The notes: generated by a model from the sequence alone, not told the origin. Positions 46,910-60,316 are shown, numbered from the stretch's first letter. The stretch: DNA of 64,000 bases from Lepidodermella squamata (GCA_047495785.1 JBLDXI010000001.1:1116001-1180000), one strand, 5' to 3'. Translations and numbers: made by a program.

Positions 46910-47857
46910 CTAATCGGATTGAGCTTTGTAAAGCTCAAGTGGCATTGTTGAGCGCATTTTGTTGTTAAATTCCGCCAACAGATCGGCGTTTATGAAGTAG
47001 TTTCGCCAGTCGCCTACAATGCCTTTACGCATGAACGGCGTATCGCTTTTCCACAGCCCAACAGCCTGCATCCAACTGTGATTCGCTGCGTCGTTTTGCC
47101 GCATTGTTTCAAATTCAGTCGCGTGGTAAATTTCATCGACAATTCTATCGTCATGAATTGGCTTCCCAAGAAAATCAGCTATCGCTCGAATCATTGATCG
47201 CCGATTTGTTACTAGGTCTTCATAGCGCAGGAATAACATATTTGGCAACTGGCCAGATTTGTAAAGATTGTAATAGTCCGTTAAATGTTTACCGTATGGC
47301 AAATAGATTATATCGCCATCCATGAAAAGCCTGGCAAATTCTTCGAACGATCCTTTAAAGTCGCCATGTCCTGCGAATGAAACTGACCTCGTGTGGTGGA
47401 AATAGGAGACTGCTACGTCTTTCGCCTCGCGGTAGACGTATATTAATTTGCCTTTGCCAATATTTCGCGGTAGAAACGGAGCTGGTAAATGGGTCTTGAA
47501 CAGCCGTGGTGGGGGCCGTTTGCCTAGCTCACTTATAGCCGATGGGGGTTTCGGAATTATTATGGCAACCTCTAAAAATGGTGCTCGACTAGACAGGTCA
47601 ATTGTTTTAGCGCCTTCAAAGTCCAAAGTCGAAATCATGTACACCAACTGCTGCATCAGTGTTGTTCCACATTTAGGCAGTGTAGCTATGAAAATATCAC
47701 CATTCTCAACGTTGAAATTTCGGATCTCTTGCCAATAGAAGGGAAACCACGGCGGAAGGGAATAGCCGTTGAATTTTGCGCACTTGCCTCTAGGATCGTT
47801 GAAAAGTGGGCGAAAAAAGTTCTCCACTTCGGGTATTTCCACCGGAAGGCCAGACAT
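46910..47857 (-). CDS. Cytosolic sulfotransferase, intronless
   Basis: TLPKCGTT, KTHLP, YREAKDVAVSYF, FMRKGIVGDW. Confidence 0.95.
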   Translation of the reverse strand: MSGLPVEIPEVENFFRPLFNDPRGKCAKFNGYSLPPWFPFYWQEIRNFNVENGDIFIATLPKCGTTLMQQLVYMISTLDFEGAKTIDLSSRAPFLEVAIIIPKPPSAISELGKRPPPRLFKTHLPAPFLPRNIGKGKLIYVYREAKDVAVSYFHHTRSVSFAGHGDFKGSFEEFARLFMDGDIIYLPYGKHLTDYYNLYKSGQLPNMLFLRYEDLVTNRRSMIRAIADFLGKPIHDDRIVDEIYHATEFETMRQNDAANHSWMQAVGLWKSDTPFMRKGIVGDWRNYFINADLLAEFNNKMRSTMPLELYKAQSD

Positions 47858-48058
47858 TTCTTCACTGCGGTAACTCTATTCAAAAATGTCAGCTTGCCAC
47901 GGTCAGAAGTCGACAATTTTTGTCATATTAAATTTCTGATAGCTTATCTTTCAGAGCCTAGTGACCTGCTTCATTGTTGCTGATAATTTTACTCTGGATC
48001 CGAGTGCGAGCCGGCGAGATGTTTTGATAGAACAGGAGAGGGCGCAAAATCAAGTATA

Positions 48059-49055
48059 TCACGTCATTGGGCTAATGAAACCCGCTACGTTTATAGGAGA
48101 AATATTTTCAAACTCGACATGAATCGAATTTAACAAATTTGGCCTTGAATTTGGTATCAACAAATTAAAGCCCAGAATGTTGTTGAGAAAATCCTTCATT
48201 TTTTTTTCTCTAGCAACACGCGCTAATTTGATAGAGAATAAACTGGGGAGCAAAATTCGAAAACCCCATATTTTTATCACTTATGGCTATGGAGAAATTC
48301 CAATGTCAAGTTGGTCACGTGACCTTACATGATGTCACACTTCAGCGGTCATCTCGAGAACGGTGGTAGCTAGGAAGCTGCTTTCAAATAAAAATCTACC
48401 TAGATATGCATTCAGTTCGGTTACATAGGTGATAATTCGGGCAAAATCGATTTTGATGACACTTTTGTGCAGTTTGGTGACTGTCCCAAATATGGTTCCT
48501 AGCTCATCTTCAAGCCAACGAGACACTGGTAATTTATCCGTTTTCGCCGAATTAATACGATTTTACAGCGGGGAGATGCGGTTTTTAGACACTCTGGGGT
48601 TTTAGTCACCCTGCAGGATTGTTTAAATATAGGGTGGTCGAAAAAGGTACCATTGGGCTCTAATGGTAAAACTATAATAGGGATGAAAAGGAAAATTTAC
48701 CTATGTCTACTTTAAAATTATGCAGATTGTTAACGGTCGCAGCTAGAAATTTAAGTCATGTCTCATATTAATCGGCATAACCCGGTGATTGCTGCTATTT
48801 AAATTGAAAAAAGGAAAATATATGTATATTTTTTTTTAATAAAAAATCAAAATCTTCCGTTTTTGCAACTAAATTAATTGAAAAAATCACCCGTGCATTT
48901 GAGCTGCAACAAAATTGTCTAGGCTCCCCTCATGATGAGGGATTTCTAGGTTCCAAATTCAACTCCCAAGTCGTAAAATGTAAAATTCGATTCATGTCGA
49001 GTTTGAATTTTTCTTCTATATATTCGTAATGAGTTTCATTAGCCCAATGACGATG
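48059..49055. mobile_element. ~1 kb non-autonomous element with long (>100 bp) imperfect TIRs
   Basis: CGTCATTGGGCTAATGAAAC...TTCAAACTCGACATGAATCGAATTT is inverted at AAATTCGATTCATGTCGAGTTTGAA...GTTTCATTAGCCCAATGACG. Confidence 0.8.
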
Positions 49056-49490
49056 AATGTGCTTTGAAAAGTAGTGACACTATTTTTCTTTTTTTTTCGT
49101 CAAATGTTTGAATATTCTTCGGCTCAACTTATTGATAAGCTTCGCAGAGGAGCTGGAGGGTTTAGATTACTGTCGAAATGTTCATCAATTGAGTAAATTA
49201 GGAACGTTTGAATATTGCCGTTGGCACAAATTTCAAGTATTTTATATTATATTTTTTATTTTATAAATTTTGCTCAGTTAATACCATAAACAAGTTGCCT
49301 TGGCGCAATTTAACATAGTCAGTTATCATCTCGAGATAGAAATACAAACAAACAAGCGACTAAGCTTGATGCGACAAGCGACACTCGAGCCATATATAGA
49401 CACACTTTTATTATTAGTAGTAAGTAGCGAATAGTTGTAAATGGAGAGCTGCATCGTTAACCTTTTTAACGAAGACCATAGCCTGCGAAA

Positions 49491-50137
49491 ATGTTGCGAT
49501 CTATCGCCACATTTTTCAATAAATTCGAACCCCTGCCTACTTCTATAGGATTATCGTTTATTATTTACGCCGTGATAGGTATGTTACCTACCCCGACCAG
49601 TTTCTGAATCAATTTAATTCAATGCTTTCACTAAAATCTGAACAGCCATCAATCTGAGCGCGTACACCGCATCTGGACAAGTGCTTTACACAAATGCAAC
49701 ATGTTCGAATTCTTCGAGCAATTTAACCACGTGTTTCTATCACGGGCTACAAGACGCTTCGGTTGCATATTCGCCAGTGATAACCTGTAAATGTGGATAC
49801 GGCTGCTATGTGAGTATTCGTTAAGGACAAGTTGTATCAAATTTTTGAATCACATGAATATAACGAAACGCTTTTGTCACAACAATTTGTTTTACAGAAA
49901 GAATACATGTACATTATGGGTGGTACTCAGCAGTTTGTTAAACGCGGATGTTACTCTGCCTGCGTTGAGCTCAACATCAGTCAAACAGTCTCTGGCAGTA
50001 AATATCAAAACGCGACGTTCTGCTGCCGGACAGACTTTTGCAATCAATCTTCCAAATTGATCGATAATGAACTTTCTCGATATTTGCTCATAATATTCAC
50101 GCTTTACTTCATTCTCACAAATTTTCACAAAAATTAG
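49491..50137 (+). CDS. Ly6/three-finger protein, probably GPI-anchored; 3 exons
   Basis: Spliced: TC..TTCFYH..TCKCGYGCY|KEY..KRGCYSAC..FCCRTDFCN plus hydrophobic tail. Confidence 0.85.
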
Positions 50138-50176
50138 CGACGAGATTAAACAAAAATGATAATTTTGTGTTGTCTT

Positions 50177-51079
50177 TTACAAAATTTCTTCAGGGAGGTT
50201 GCAGACAGTGAAAGTTTCGAAATCGGTCAATAGTTCTGAATCCGTAAAATGCTGTTTCCACGCTCCGACCTCAAGTTTTTGAATGAAATCTCCCAATTCG
50301 AAAGTTCTCTTATTCAAAGTCTCCAGAGTATAATCACTCTCCAATTTGTCAATAATCCCTTGCTCGACATCTTTGCTGAGGAATGAGGCAATTTTCACGG
50401 CAATATCCGCAATATTCTCCGCAAGGTCCTCGTAACGGATGAACAGAATTTCTCTGCCTTGCTTCTGAAGCTCGACGATTTGTTTCGGCTGTTCGGAATA
50501 TGGGCCGAACAACATTTTTCCCGATATAAAAAGCTGAATCCAGTCTTTAAATGAGGAAATTTTATCAGAATTCGCAGCATGGGCCTTATGATGGTGGTAA
50601 TAGGAAACTGCCACGTCTTTCGGATCTCGGTGGATAAAAATCACTCGGCCGTTAAATATTTGATCTGGTAGCATAGATGGCGGCAGAAGGGACATTATTA
50701 TGGAATTCCCTGATGTCTCAACGCATCGCATTACCGCAGAGACAGGTGGAAGAGGAGGCTCAAAGCTCCCCTCTGGTTCAGAATCACCCGAAATTCCATT
50801 CACTAAGACGTGAACAATTTCACCAAGAAGAAATAGGCCTTTTAATTAGAGATGAAATTAAAAAAAAGCGCTTCACAGATTTTTTAACTCACCTGATTGA
50901 GGAAATCCGATTATGGTTATGTCATTATCAGTTATTGGCAAGTTATTAGGAATAACAGGCGAACTCAAATTATGGCAATCAGCCGGTAGCCAAGTTGCGT
51001 CAATCAATGACAAAGGAATAAGATCGCCATCAGGAGCTAGCGGCGTCTGAACTTGCAAAAAGCTTTCAAAACCTGCCAT
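50177..51079 (-). CDS. Sulfotransferase-fold protein with degenerate catalytic motifs; 1 intron
   Basis: GFPQSG|LFL, HRDPKDVAVSYY, RYEDL, FIQKLEVGAWK. Confidence 0.85.
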
Positions 51080-51285
51080 AATAGTTTGTATGGAAATTAT
51101 TTGAACTGCGATATAGGGAGATGTGAGAAAATCGACCTCACCGCCTGTATCAGATTTCAATCAATAACAACTTTGAAACGCGATAGCATAAGTATGATCA
51201 AGTAACGTTAATAATTCATGCTTCCTGTGTGTAAACTTTTCACTTTTAAAAAATCGAAGCGAATTGCAGAGGACATTTTGAAAAA

Positions 51286-51835
51286 TTATTTTATCAATAT
51301 GGATGATGATAAAATTGTTAAAATAATATCTGTAATTAATTTCCAATAGTTCGCGCTCAATTTGCCGACTCCATTGCAGTAGTCGGTGTTGCAACAGTAG
51401 GTTTGCATCAATATAACGACACCATTAACTGTTGCGCTCTGCGCACGTGCTGTACACGACTCACTGCACCCACGTCGAACAGTCGAAATCTGTCCTGTGG
51501 TGAAGATATTCTTCTGCAAAGAATTTTCGAAAGTTATACTGAGATTGACAACAGTCTAAACATTTTACGTAACAACCGAATCCGCAGCTGCAAAGAACGT
51601 AACCCAAGCCGGTGGGTAGTTCTTGAGCATCGTGTTGGTGGCAGTAAACGCCGGCTGGATTCACGCAGTCATGGCCGGATGTCGCATTCGATTCCTTAGT
51701 GATCGCTAACATTACAAAGCAAGAGACAATCACTGATTTTTGCAATGACCGACAGAGCGTGACTGGCTTAATAAAATGCATGCTCGTTTTTTGTAAAATT
51801 TTAGCGAGCTTATTTTTAACAATTACTATTGTCAT
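51286..51835 (-). CDS. Ly6/three-finger protein; 2 exons (start uncertain)
   Basis: DCVNPAGVYC..LCSCGFGCY|KNI..RRGCSESC..YCCNTDYCN plus hydrophobic tail. Confidence 0.85.
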
Positions 51836-52297
51836 CGTTTTTCCTGGTTGCGGTTGCAACGGTTTTCATTTTTTGCTATTGTCTCATGAGACGTACCGGG
51901 ACGCAGCGGCTTCGAAGCTCCCGTTATTCGCGTTTGCGTAAAAAAGCACGTGACGTGTTTAGCATAAGTGTGCATAATAATTACTTTCGATGGCAAATTT
52001 TTTATTGAATATAAAAACGGCAAACTAATAGTTTTTTCGTTACTTGTCGTCTCCACAGTCTGCGATTAGCTTCCCATATTTTTCGTTCAAAGAAATAAAA
52101 AAAATATCCGTTCTAGATCGATGAGTCTAACCAAACCCAGACGTTATTTGATGGCTATCTTTTGAACTTTCCTAAAACTTCGAGATATTAACGACCGAAA
52201 TCTAAAAGCCTTTGATGCCTATCATCTTGTCGACTCTTCGAATGCGAATGAGTTATTCTTCCGGAAAAAATGTGGAGTGAAATATTTTGTTGTATAA

Positions 52298-52383
52298 AAC
52301 CGGCGACGAGTTGACTAGGTACTTCCTCATACCCCTCCCTAAAATATTGCCTTTACTAGACTAGTCTGGACAGTTTGGACATA
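52298..52383 (+). repeat. ~85-bp dispersed direct repeat (second copy ~54009..54085)
   Basis: CCGGCGACGAG.TGACTA...TAGACTAGTCTGGACAGTTTGGACAT occurs in both places. Confidence 0.8.
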
Positions 52384-52436
52384 TTTTTTACTAGGACTAA
52401 TTTTTTAGTTCAAATTAACCTGATAACTTGCTCTTT

Positions 52437-52950
52437 TTACTCGCTTACATCTGACAAGACAATGAATTTGATCGAAATCGATGATAATAAGATAGCTGTC
52501 CAAATTATTTTCCAATATTTCGCGCTCAATTTGCCGACTCCATTACAGTAGTCGGTGTAACAACAATAGCTCGCCATCGATGTCGTGACGCCATTTACGG
52601 TTGTGTTTTTTATAATGGTACTTCCACATGATTGAAGACACCCACGTCGAACAGTTGCAGTCGATCCGGTTATATAGATAGACTTCTGCAAATGTGTTCA
52701 AAATTTATCCAGAGTTAGACACAGGTCTAAAATTTACGAAGCAACCGAATCCGCAGCTGCAAAGCACATAGCCCAAGCCGGTGGGTAGTTCTTGAGGATC
52801 GTGTTGGTGGCAGTAAACACCGGCTGGATTCACGCAGTCATGGCCGGATGTCGTATTCGATTCCTTAGTGATAGCTAACATCACAAAGCAAGAGACAATC
52901 ACTGATTTTTGCAATGTCCGACAGAGCATGACTGGCTTAATAAAACGCAT
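52437..52950 (-). CDS. Ly6/three-finger protein, recent tandem duplicate of the 51286 gene; 2 exons
   Basis: Exon 1 nearly identical to the neighbour; exon 2 RRGCLQSC..YCCYTDYCN. Confidence 0.85.
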
Positions 52951-53699
52951 GCGAGTTTTTTGGGAAATTTTAGCAGCACATTTTAGTCTTATTTAAATTG
53001 CTATTGTTATCGTTTTTCCTGGTTGCGGTTGCAACGGTTTTCATTTTTTTGCTATTGTCTCCGCTAAATTGACATCATAGATAAATAAATACACTGCAAC
53101 TTAACGAAAACCGGTGTTGTAACGAACTTCAGCTAAAACACGAACAAAATTGAGAGGCAACAGCCAAAAACGATGCACTTCAGCATGTTGCCAACATCAT
53201 TTATAGCGAAATTTGTATAACGAGATGTTCGCTATAACGAACGATTCTGAGTGGCTCGGCGGCAGTTTTAAGCGTAACATTGAGGTTATTTATAGCCAAC
53301 TTGGGTCCGGTCAAGGTCACAGGCCACGCTACATTCTATTTTCGTTATTGTGGCCCGGTCACGCAATCGACAGGGACACATTTTTTGTCACAAGATTGCG
53401 TTTCAATGTACTATTTTTTCAAGTGGCATCCAATTTTAACGAGTGCACTGATTAACTTTCCATATTTCGCGTACATTGAAACCAAAGAAACATATCCGGT
53501 CATTTATAGATCGATAGGTCAAACCCAGTTGTTGTTTGATAGCTATTTTCGGAACTTCAATCAATTTCGACCGAACTTTCGAAGCCTAATGCCGATGACA
53601 ATTTGCGAATTTAAAAAAAAATAGAGGGTTTTGCGAGGAGTTTTCCTTCTGGGAAAATTTTGGCGTGACATTTTTTGATATTTAAACAGAATACCGTTT

Positions 53700-53998
53700 A
53701 GCGGAACCAAATTTGCCAGTTGCGAAACCAAATTTGACTGTATAGCGAAACCAAATCGGCATTTTCGGGAACATAATTTTAGGTAAAAGAAAGGTCGCTT
53801 TTGAATATTTCTATGAAATTTAGGCAATGCCTGCATTCTATACTGAAGAATGCGTCTTTTACGGAATTTTTCGCTGAATTTAATGATGATTTATTTCAAA
53901 TTATTCTGATAAATCATGAAAATCTTGAAGGCTTCAAAAAGTGGCTTTAGGCCCATAGAAAATTCCAAAATTTGGTTCCGCTAAAAGTAAGACCCATA
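53700..53998 (+). repeat. Dispersed repeat copy (paralogous to 9157..9420)
   Basis: Colinear shared blocks as listed for the 9157 copy. Confidence 0.75.
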
Positions 53999-54209
53999 TT
54001 TTTTAAAGCCGGCGACGAGGTGACTACTTCCCCATAAACCTCCCTGAACTTATCTTTATTAGACTAGTCTGGACAGTTTGGACATGAGCAGACTAGTTTT
54101 TGTGTACAAAACTCGGTCAAACATCAAACGTCAGCGGATTTTCTGCGCTACATGCCTCGTCAGCATTTGCCCCTGAGTTCACCTCAATATTGCTCCCCGA
54201 GACCTGTTA

Positions 54210-54370
54210 ACCTGATAAAAATATAAGCTACGTACGCAGCAACACCCCATATAAACTTACTTGATCAAAGAATGGATCAAAAAATAGTTTCTGTACTTGT
54301 TTGCCGCTGATAAGACAATGAATAACCGCGCCTGAAGATAAGATTGCGAGCTATTAATAGCCTATATAAC
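54210..54370 (+). promoter_or_regulatory. Putative CYP promoter: three WGATAA sites followed by a TATA box
   Basis: TGATAA (~54213), TGATAAG (~54308), AGATAAG (~54336), TATATAA (~54363), ~90 nt before the ATG. Confidence 0.45.
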
Positions 54371-54453
54371 CCTGCCGGCATTTCGGTCGTTTCCTTACGA
54401 CATTGTCATAATCATTGTGGTTTTCCTGAATTCTGACTTTTCTGTATAGGTAA

Positions 54454-56078
54454 ATGGTGTCTGTCTTCGCAGGCATAGCGGCGCTATTGGCGTCAGGCCT
54501 TTTCTCATTCTACGTCTATCGCAAATTTTACAGAATGCGCCTATTCAAGCGGCTCGGAATTCCCGGCCCAGAGCCTCATTGGCTGTTCGGCAATTTACGC
54601 GAGCTTTTCAAACACAACAGAAATGAAGTTCTTCGCGAATGGTCGAGAAAATACGGCTCTTGCTATGGCTACTTCCAGGGTTCGAGCCCGGTGTTAGTCG
54701 TTAGCGATCCAACTATGATCGAAGCCTTAATGATCAAACAACGCTCAGACTTCCAAGGCCACTCAATCTCACCGATTTATCCAGATCCGGAAAAAGACCC
54801 TGACGGTGAGTTGAAAAATACAATTAATTAAGGTGGAATATTCATTTTTTTTAAACAGCTGGTAACAATATGTTTTGGGCTCGTGGCGACCGGTGGAAAC
54901 GCCTTCGAACAATTTGCAACCCTGTTTTCACCTCAGGCAGACTAAAGTCCTATATGAGTCACCTTACTAAGAGCCAGAAAGATCTGATCGACCTGCTGCG
55001 GGAAAAAGCTGACAGTGGTAAAACTTTCGACTGCAACGATCCCTACCAACTTCTAACGCTTGACGTCATCGGCGCCGTGGGGTTCAGCATTCAGTTCGAC
55101 GCCATCAAAAACCGAGGCGAGAAGAATAAATTTCTCGAGGCGATTCGCATAATGTGGGGCGGCCTGATAGATGTCCCACCTGTCATGAGATGGGCTTTGA
55201 TTGTTCCCGAACTCGAGCAATTTTTCCGAGCACTGCTCAAATTCGTCGGGGATATTCTGCCAAATAAATTTTTCAAGGCCAGAATGGAGACGATGAGAAC
55301 AATGAAAGCTATTGTCGATCAGCGAGTCGAAGCGAACGATTCTAATTACACTGATATTCTTCAAATGATGATGGCGTCTTCGGACGACCGTCAAACTAAC
55401 AAAAACCGTCAACTTAACCGAGTGGAGCTTGTTCAACAGTCGAACATGCTATTCCACGCCGGTTACGAGACAACATCGACCGCCTTAGGTTTCTGCTCAT
55501 TCTGCCTCGCGCAATACCCCGAGACTCAAGATAAGCTAGTCAGCGAAATTATGAAGCATTTCCAGCGAAATGCGGACGGGCAGTGGCCTGAGCCTGATTA
55601 CGAGACAGTTATGAATGAAATTCCTTATCTCGACTGGTTCTGCCGCGAGGTTTTGCGGCTTTTCCCCGTAGGCTGGCAGGCCCTGGGTCGCTTTGTAGTT
55701 AACGACTCAGCGATCTGCGGCGTTCCTGTTCCGAAATCGATTTTCACTGTCTATGCCGATACGTGGACCGTCCATTTCTCCGAGGAACATTGGGGCCCTG
55801 TTGATCCTATGAAATTCTACCCAGAACGCTTCTCGCCCGAAAACAGCGCCAACCGGCCGGATTCGGTATTTATGGCTTTCGGCCTCGGCCCTCAGCAATG
55901 CATTGGAATGAGACTTGCTTTGTTGGAAATGAAGCTGACCCTGGTCAATATGTTGCTAAGATTCAGGTTTCTTGAACCCGATGGAGGCTACCCGAATGGC
56001 AATTTACCTGTTACGTCGATAAACGGCACCTTGACTGCCCTTGGAGGAGTCCCCGTCAAGCTAGCTCATCGAGTCTGA
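54454..56078 (+). CDS. Cytochrome P450, CYP3-clan-like; intron 54806..54858
   Basis: TM anchor plus GIPGPEP, WKRLR, AGYETTS, EVLR, PERF, heme motif FGLGPQQCIG. Confidence 0.95.
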
Positions 56079-56179
56079 AATTCAGCTATAATCGATGATG
56101 ATATTTATTATAAATCATATTCAAGATTATTAAATAAAATTCCTTCATATTCAATGAAAAGGTTCAGTTTTTGAGTTTT

Positions 56180-57187
56180 TCACTCAGAAGGCGCGATAAG
56201 TTCTGGCGGTAAGTTGTCGGCAATGAATTTCTCGAAATCAGCCAACAGCTGCGGATCTGTGAAGTGATTACGCCAGTCCCCGATCTCGCCTTTACGAATA
56301 AATTCCATGTCCTTTCGAAAGATGCCGATTTTCTTGCCATGCGACCAGTTGTAGGAATCATTTTTTCTCATTTCGCCAACACTGGTCGCCAGCTCGATGC
56401 GACTTACCGTCTCTTCATCAAGCTCTTTGCCAAGAAATTGGGCAATTTTTCGAATCGCTGATTTCGTGTCCTGAAAAATCCTGTAGCAAGGATTAATGCT
56501 GTGAAATTATCCTACCTTTTTCATATCTTCATATCGGAGTAGCAGAACAGGTTTCCCACTGTTTGCAAACTCGACATAGGCTTTCACGTGTTCCGGATAG
56601 GGACCGAACAAAACTTTACCAGACATGATTTTCCGCGCGAATTGCTCGAACGTGTCAGTGGCTTGCCACATGTCGTTTGACATCGCCTTCAGGTGATAGA
56701 AGTAAGAAACCGCAACATCCTTAGCATTTCGATAGATGTAAATCAACCGGCCGTTGAAAATGCTCTTCGGCAACAGGGCGGGTGGCAGATGCGTCAGGAA
56801 AAAGCGCTGGCCCGGCTTTGCGCCAAGCTTTTCCAAAGCCGACGGATGCGGCGGTTTCGGCATTTCGAACAACATCATGTCTTCTACCGGGTACGGCGTG
56901 TCGAAATTGCCGGTTTCGATGAGGTAAACCATGTTATGCAGCCAGTGGGTGCCGCATTTGACGAAGCTAGCCACGGTTACGTCACCCTGCCTGATTGGGA
57001 AATCGTAAATCTGTGGCCAGTAGATTGGCATGAAAGCGGGTAGCCAAAAGTTGTTGAACAACGCGATCGGAGCGCCGTCTTTGTTGTTATTCAGCGGGGC
57101 GAATGTTTCACCGAACTTGACTAACATTTTAGACATTTCCGCTGCGCCGGGCGGTCCTGCTGCCATCTTTTGCGAATTATCACTCAT
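56180..57187 (-). CDS. Cytosolic sulfotransferase; 1 intron after YEDMKK
   Basis: SFVKCGTHW, THLP, YRNAKDVAVSYF, FIRKGEIGDW. Confidence 0.93.
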
Positions 57188-58124
57188 TTTCGTTGAAACA
57201 AAATGTATAAAGGAATTATAACTGTGGCGAAATAGCGAAGAAAACGACGGTTTATAGAGCGGTCGGTGTCTACCGAGGTAGTTCAATTCATGTCGCGTGT
57301 ATTGTTGATAAAAAATGTTTCCTCATTTTCTAGCGGACATAACGCCGGGTGCATAATGCTGTGTGCTATATACGCGCGTTTTACTCGGTGTGGCTGTAGC
57401 TTGAATTTTTTGTTGTCAGTTGCCGCCAATTGTCGACTGCAGCGTTATAAGCGTGTGGATAATTTTTCAAAAGCTTCAATTTTTTATATTTTTTCCTCCT
57501 GGATAAAAACTAAACAGCACCATCTCCTCTTTTTCCCGCTATAATTTTTTATTTTAATGACAAAGTTCGCTCAACCTGAAGAATTTTCATGAACTTTTGA
57601 TAATATTACGAGCAGACAGTCCAATGCTGAAAGAACAGAAAAAGATGAAATTTAACCAAGAATCAAACCATCTGCAGTTTCGCCATAAAAATAATATTTA
57701 TCTCGAATATTTTCTTAATTTTCCCATGCGGTGTCAAACGAATAAGGTTTTACAGGATTCGGCCATTTTTTCAATCGAAAACATCTTTCATCGGGGATTG
57801 ATTTCAGACTTCAAACATTTCTTAATCCGATAAGGCTTTTCCTTTTAAGGAATAGGTTTTTCGATAGCCACTTTTTACGTTTGAACCCTGTTGAAACCAC
57901 CTGAAATCCAAAATTTTACCCGTTTCTTGTCAAATACTTCGAGATAAATATTGATTTGAGCGGTTGCCTCCAGCTTGGGACCGGATCCAATTAGAAGACT
58001 TAACAGGCCTACTTCAACTCATTTTTATGGAATTAAAAATGACATCTAATTACTTTTGTCGAAAGGATCTAAGAAGTAAAGAAATTCATAGATTAAAACC
58101 AGCTTTTATTTCAAAACCATGTGA

Positions 58125-59104
58125 TTATTCTTCAATAGCAAACCTCATTTCTTGAGGAAGTGATTTCGCTATGTATTCATCAAATTGCTTCAAAAGTTCC
58201 GGATCTGAGAAATACTCTTTCCAACCTCCTGGAACGCCCTTCCTAATGAAAGGATTTTTCGTTGAAATAAACCCAGTATTGACCAGCCAACTGTAATTCG
58301 TCGCATCGTTGTTACGCATCGCTTGAAAATCGGTCTCGTGAAAAACGCGATCAAGCATGTCGTTGGAAAGCGGCTTTTCCAAGAACCTGGCTATTCGTCG
58401 AATCGCCGCTCTGCGGTCTTTGATCATATCTTCATAGCTGATTAGAAGAATAGGCTTCCCAGCTTTGAAATAATTGTAATATCCAGCAACATTTTCACCA
58501 TATGGAGTATATTGTACTGAAAATTAAAAAAAATCCCGAAATTTCAGGAATTGAATCCTAAATGCTTACCCTCTCCGTTGATGAAATTTCGAACGTAGTC
58601 ATCGAACTTTGTTTCGGCCGGGCATAGTTTGAAGTCAATGTTGTGCAGGTAGAACGACACTACAACATCTTTCGGATTTCGATAGACATGGATTAATTTG
58701 CAATTGTCAACATTCCGCGGCAGAAATTGAACCGGCAAGTGCGTTTTCATGATCCGAGGCGGCTGTTGATCGGCAAGCTTCTGCAGCGTCTCTTGAGCAG
58801 GTGGACACGGCCATTCAATGAAAGGAACGCGCTCGTCGATAGGAACAGTCGAGCCCTTTTCAAAGTCTTCTGTCACAATCAGCCAAACCATATGCTGCAT
58901 CCAGGTGGTTCCGGAGCGTGGAAATCCAGTTATCAGCACGTCATTTTGCGTCAACGGGAATGTGTAGATTTGCGGCCAGAAGTAGCCGAATTGCGGGCCT
59001 AACGAGTAGCCGCCGTATTTGACTTGGCCGAATTTATTCGAGCCCAGTTTGTAAAAAATATCGTAAAACGAATCATGGTCACATTTCGACGCTTGGAGAG
59101 CCAT
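58125..59104 (-). CDS. Cytosolic sulfotransferase; 1 intron
   Basis: GFPRSGTTW, KTHLP, YRNPKDVVVSFY, FIRKGVPGGW. Confidence 0.93.
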
Positions 59105-60316
59105 TTTTTCACTACAAAATAAATGGGAAATCACGAAGTGCGAAATAAAGTGATTTTTTCGCCTTTGAAGAAACTTAAGAAATCACCTTAAAAATTATTC
59201 AATAAAATCTGCTACCTAAAATTGATTTATGACGGAGAGAGTGTTAGAGTAGCTATCAACTAGTAGTAAATCTGAGGTGGGTTAGAAGCTGAAAATTTGC
59301 TCAATAAACAATAATATACGATTCATTTGAATTTCCCAATTAGGTTTACCAATACGCGGATTAAACGTCCCGCGCCTATTCCTGTTGTTGTCACGAATTG
59401 AAGCGAAAAATGCAAGGTTACCACGTGTTAAGCTGAAAAACAAGCCGAAAAACGCGTGCCATCATCGTGGAATATGGTTTCACCCGCGCGCCGGTCGTAT
59501 TATAAACATTTCACGAAATACTTTTTACTCCGGTTTTGTAAACATTTTTATAAGCAATAATTCGGAATTCGAAGTAAACCTGACATATTAATGGTTAAAT
59601 GCGACAAGTGCAAGCGCGGCAAGTGTTAGTTCTAACAATCAAATTTTGCGATTTTGAAGTTTTTTGTTAAGAATAAAACTTCCTGGTAAAGTGGAATTTC
59701 GTCCATGTAAAATGTAAACATGTAATGAGAGGATTAGCCGCGCAGAGATTATCACTATAATTGTAGAGGTGTGTCCCACGCAATAATGGTAAACTTGCAA
59801 TGGATTGGCAAAATCGCATGGGGAAAGTTGAAGACACCCAAAAAACGTAAAACCATATTCTGACGGTGAGCCTAATCAGGGCAACCGCCTGATGTTCATA
59901 AATAAATTCGGGTAATTTTTGTGATGAAAATTTTCAAAAAAAATGAACTTCAATTCACCCAATTGAAACCAATGAAACTGACAAGGACGAGTTTTATGCA
60001 AATGAGCCTGAAATCAATCGCTGAATAGTCAACGCCTAGATAAACGTGTTTAAAATGCCCAACTATGAGAAAAAAATTCTAAAAATTTGAACTCATGCTC
60101 AAATCTTGCCTGAAATTTTTTACTTCTAATCTTCGAAAAACATGATTACATACAAAGTTACCGATCGTTGCGATAGTATGACTCATGAGCCGCGGCGTAA
60201 TAAAACATGTTATCTGAGACGCCTCCTTCGCAAACAAAAGGACCCTTTATCAGCTGCATAAATACAGGTACGTATAATGTAAAAGTAATATACAAGCTGT
60301 GACCAAAAAAAGAAAG

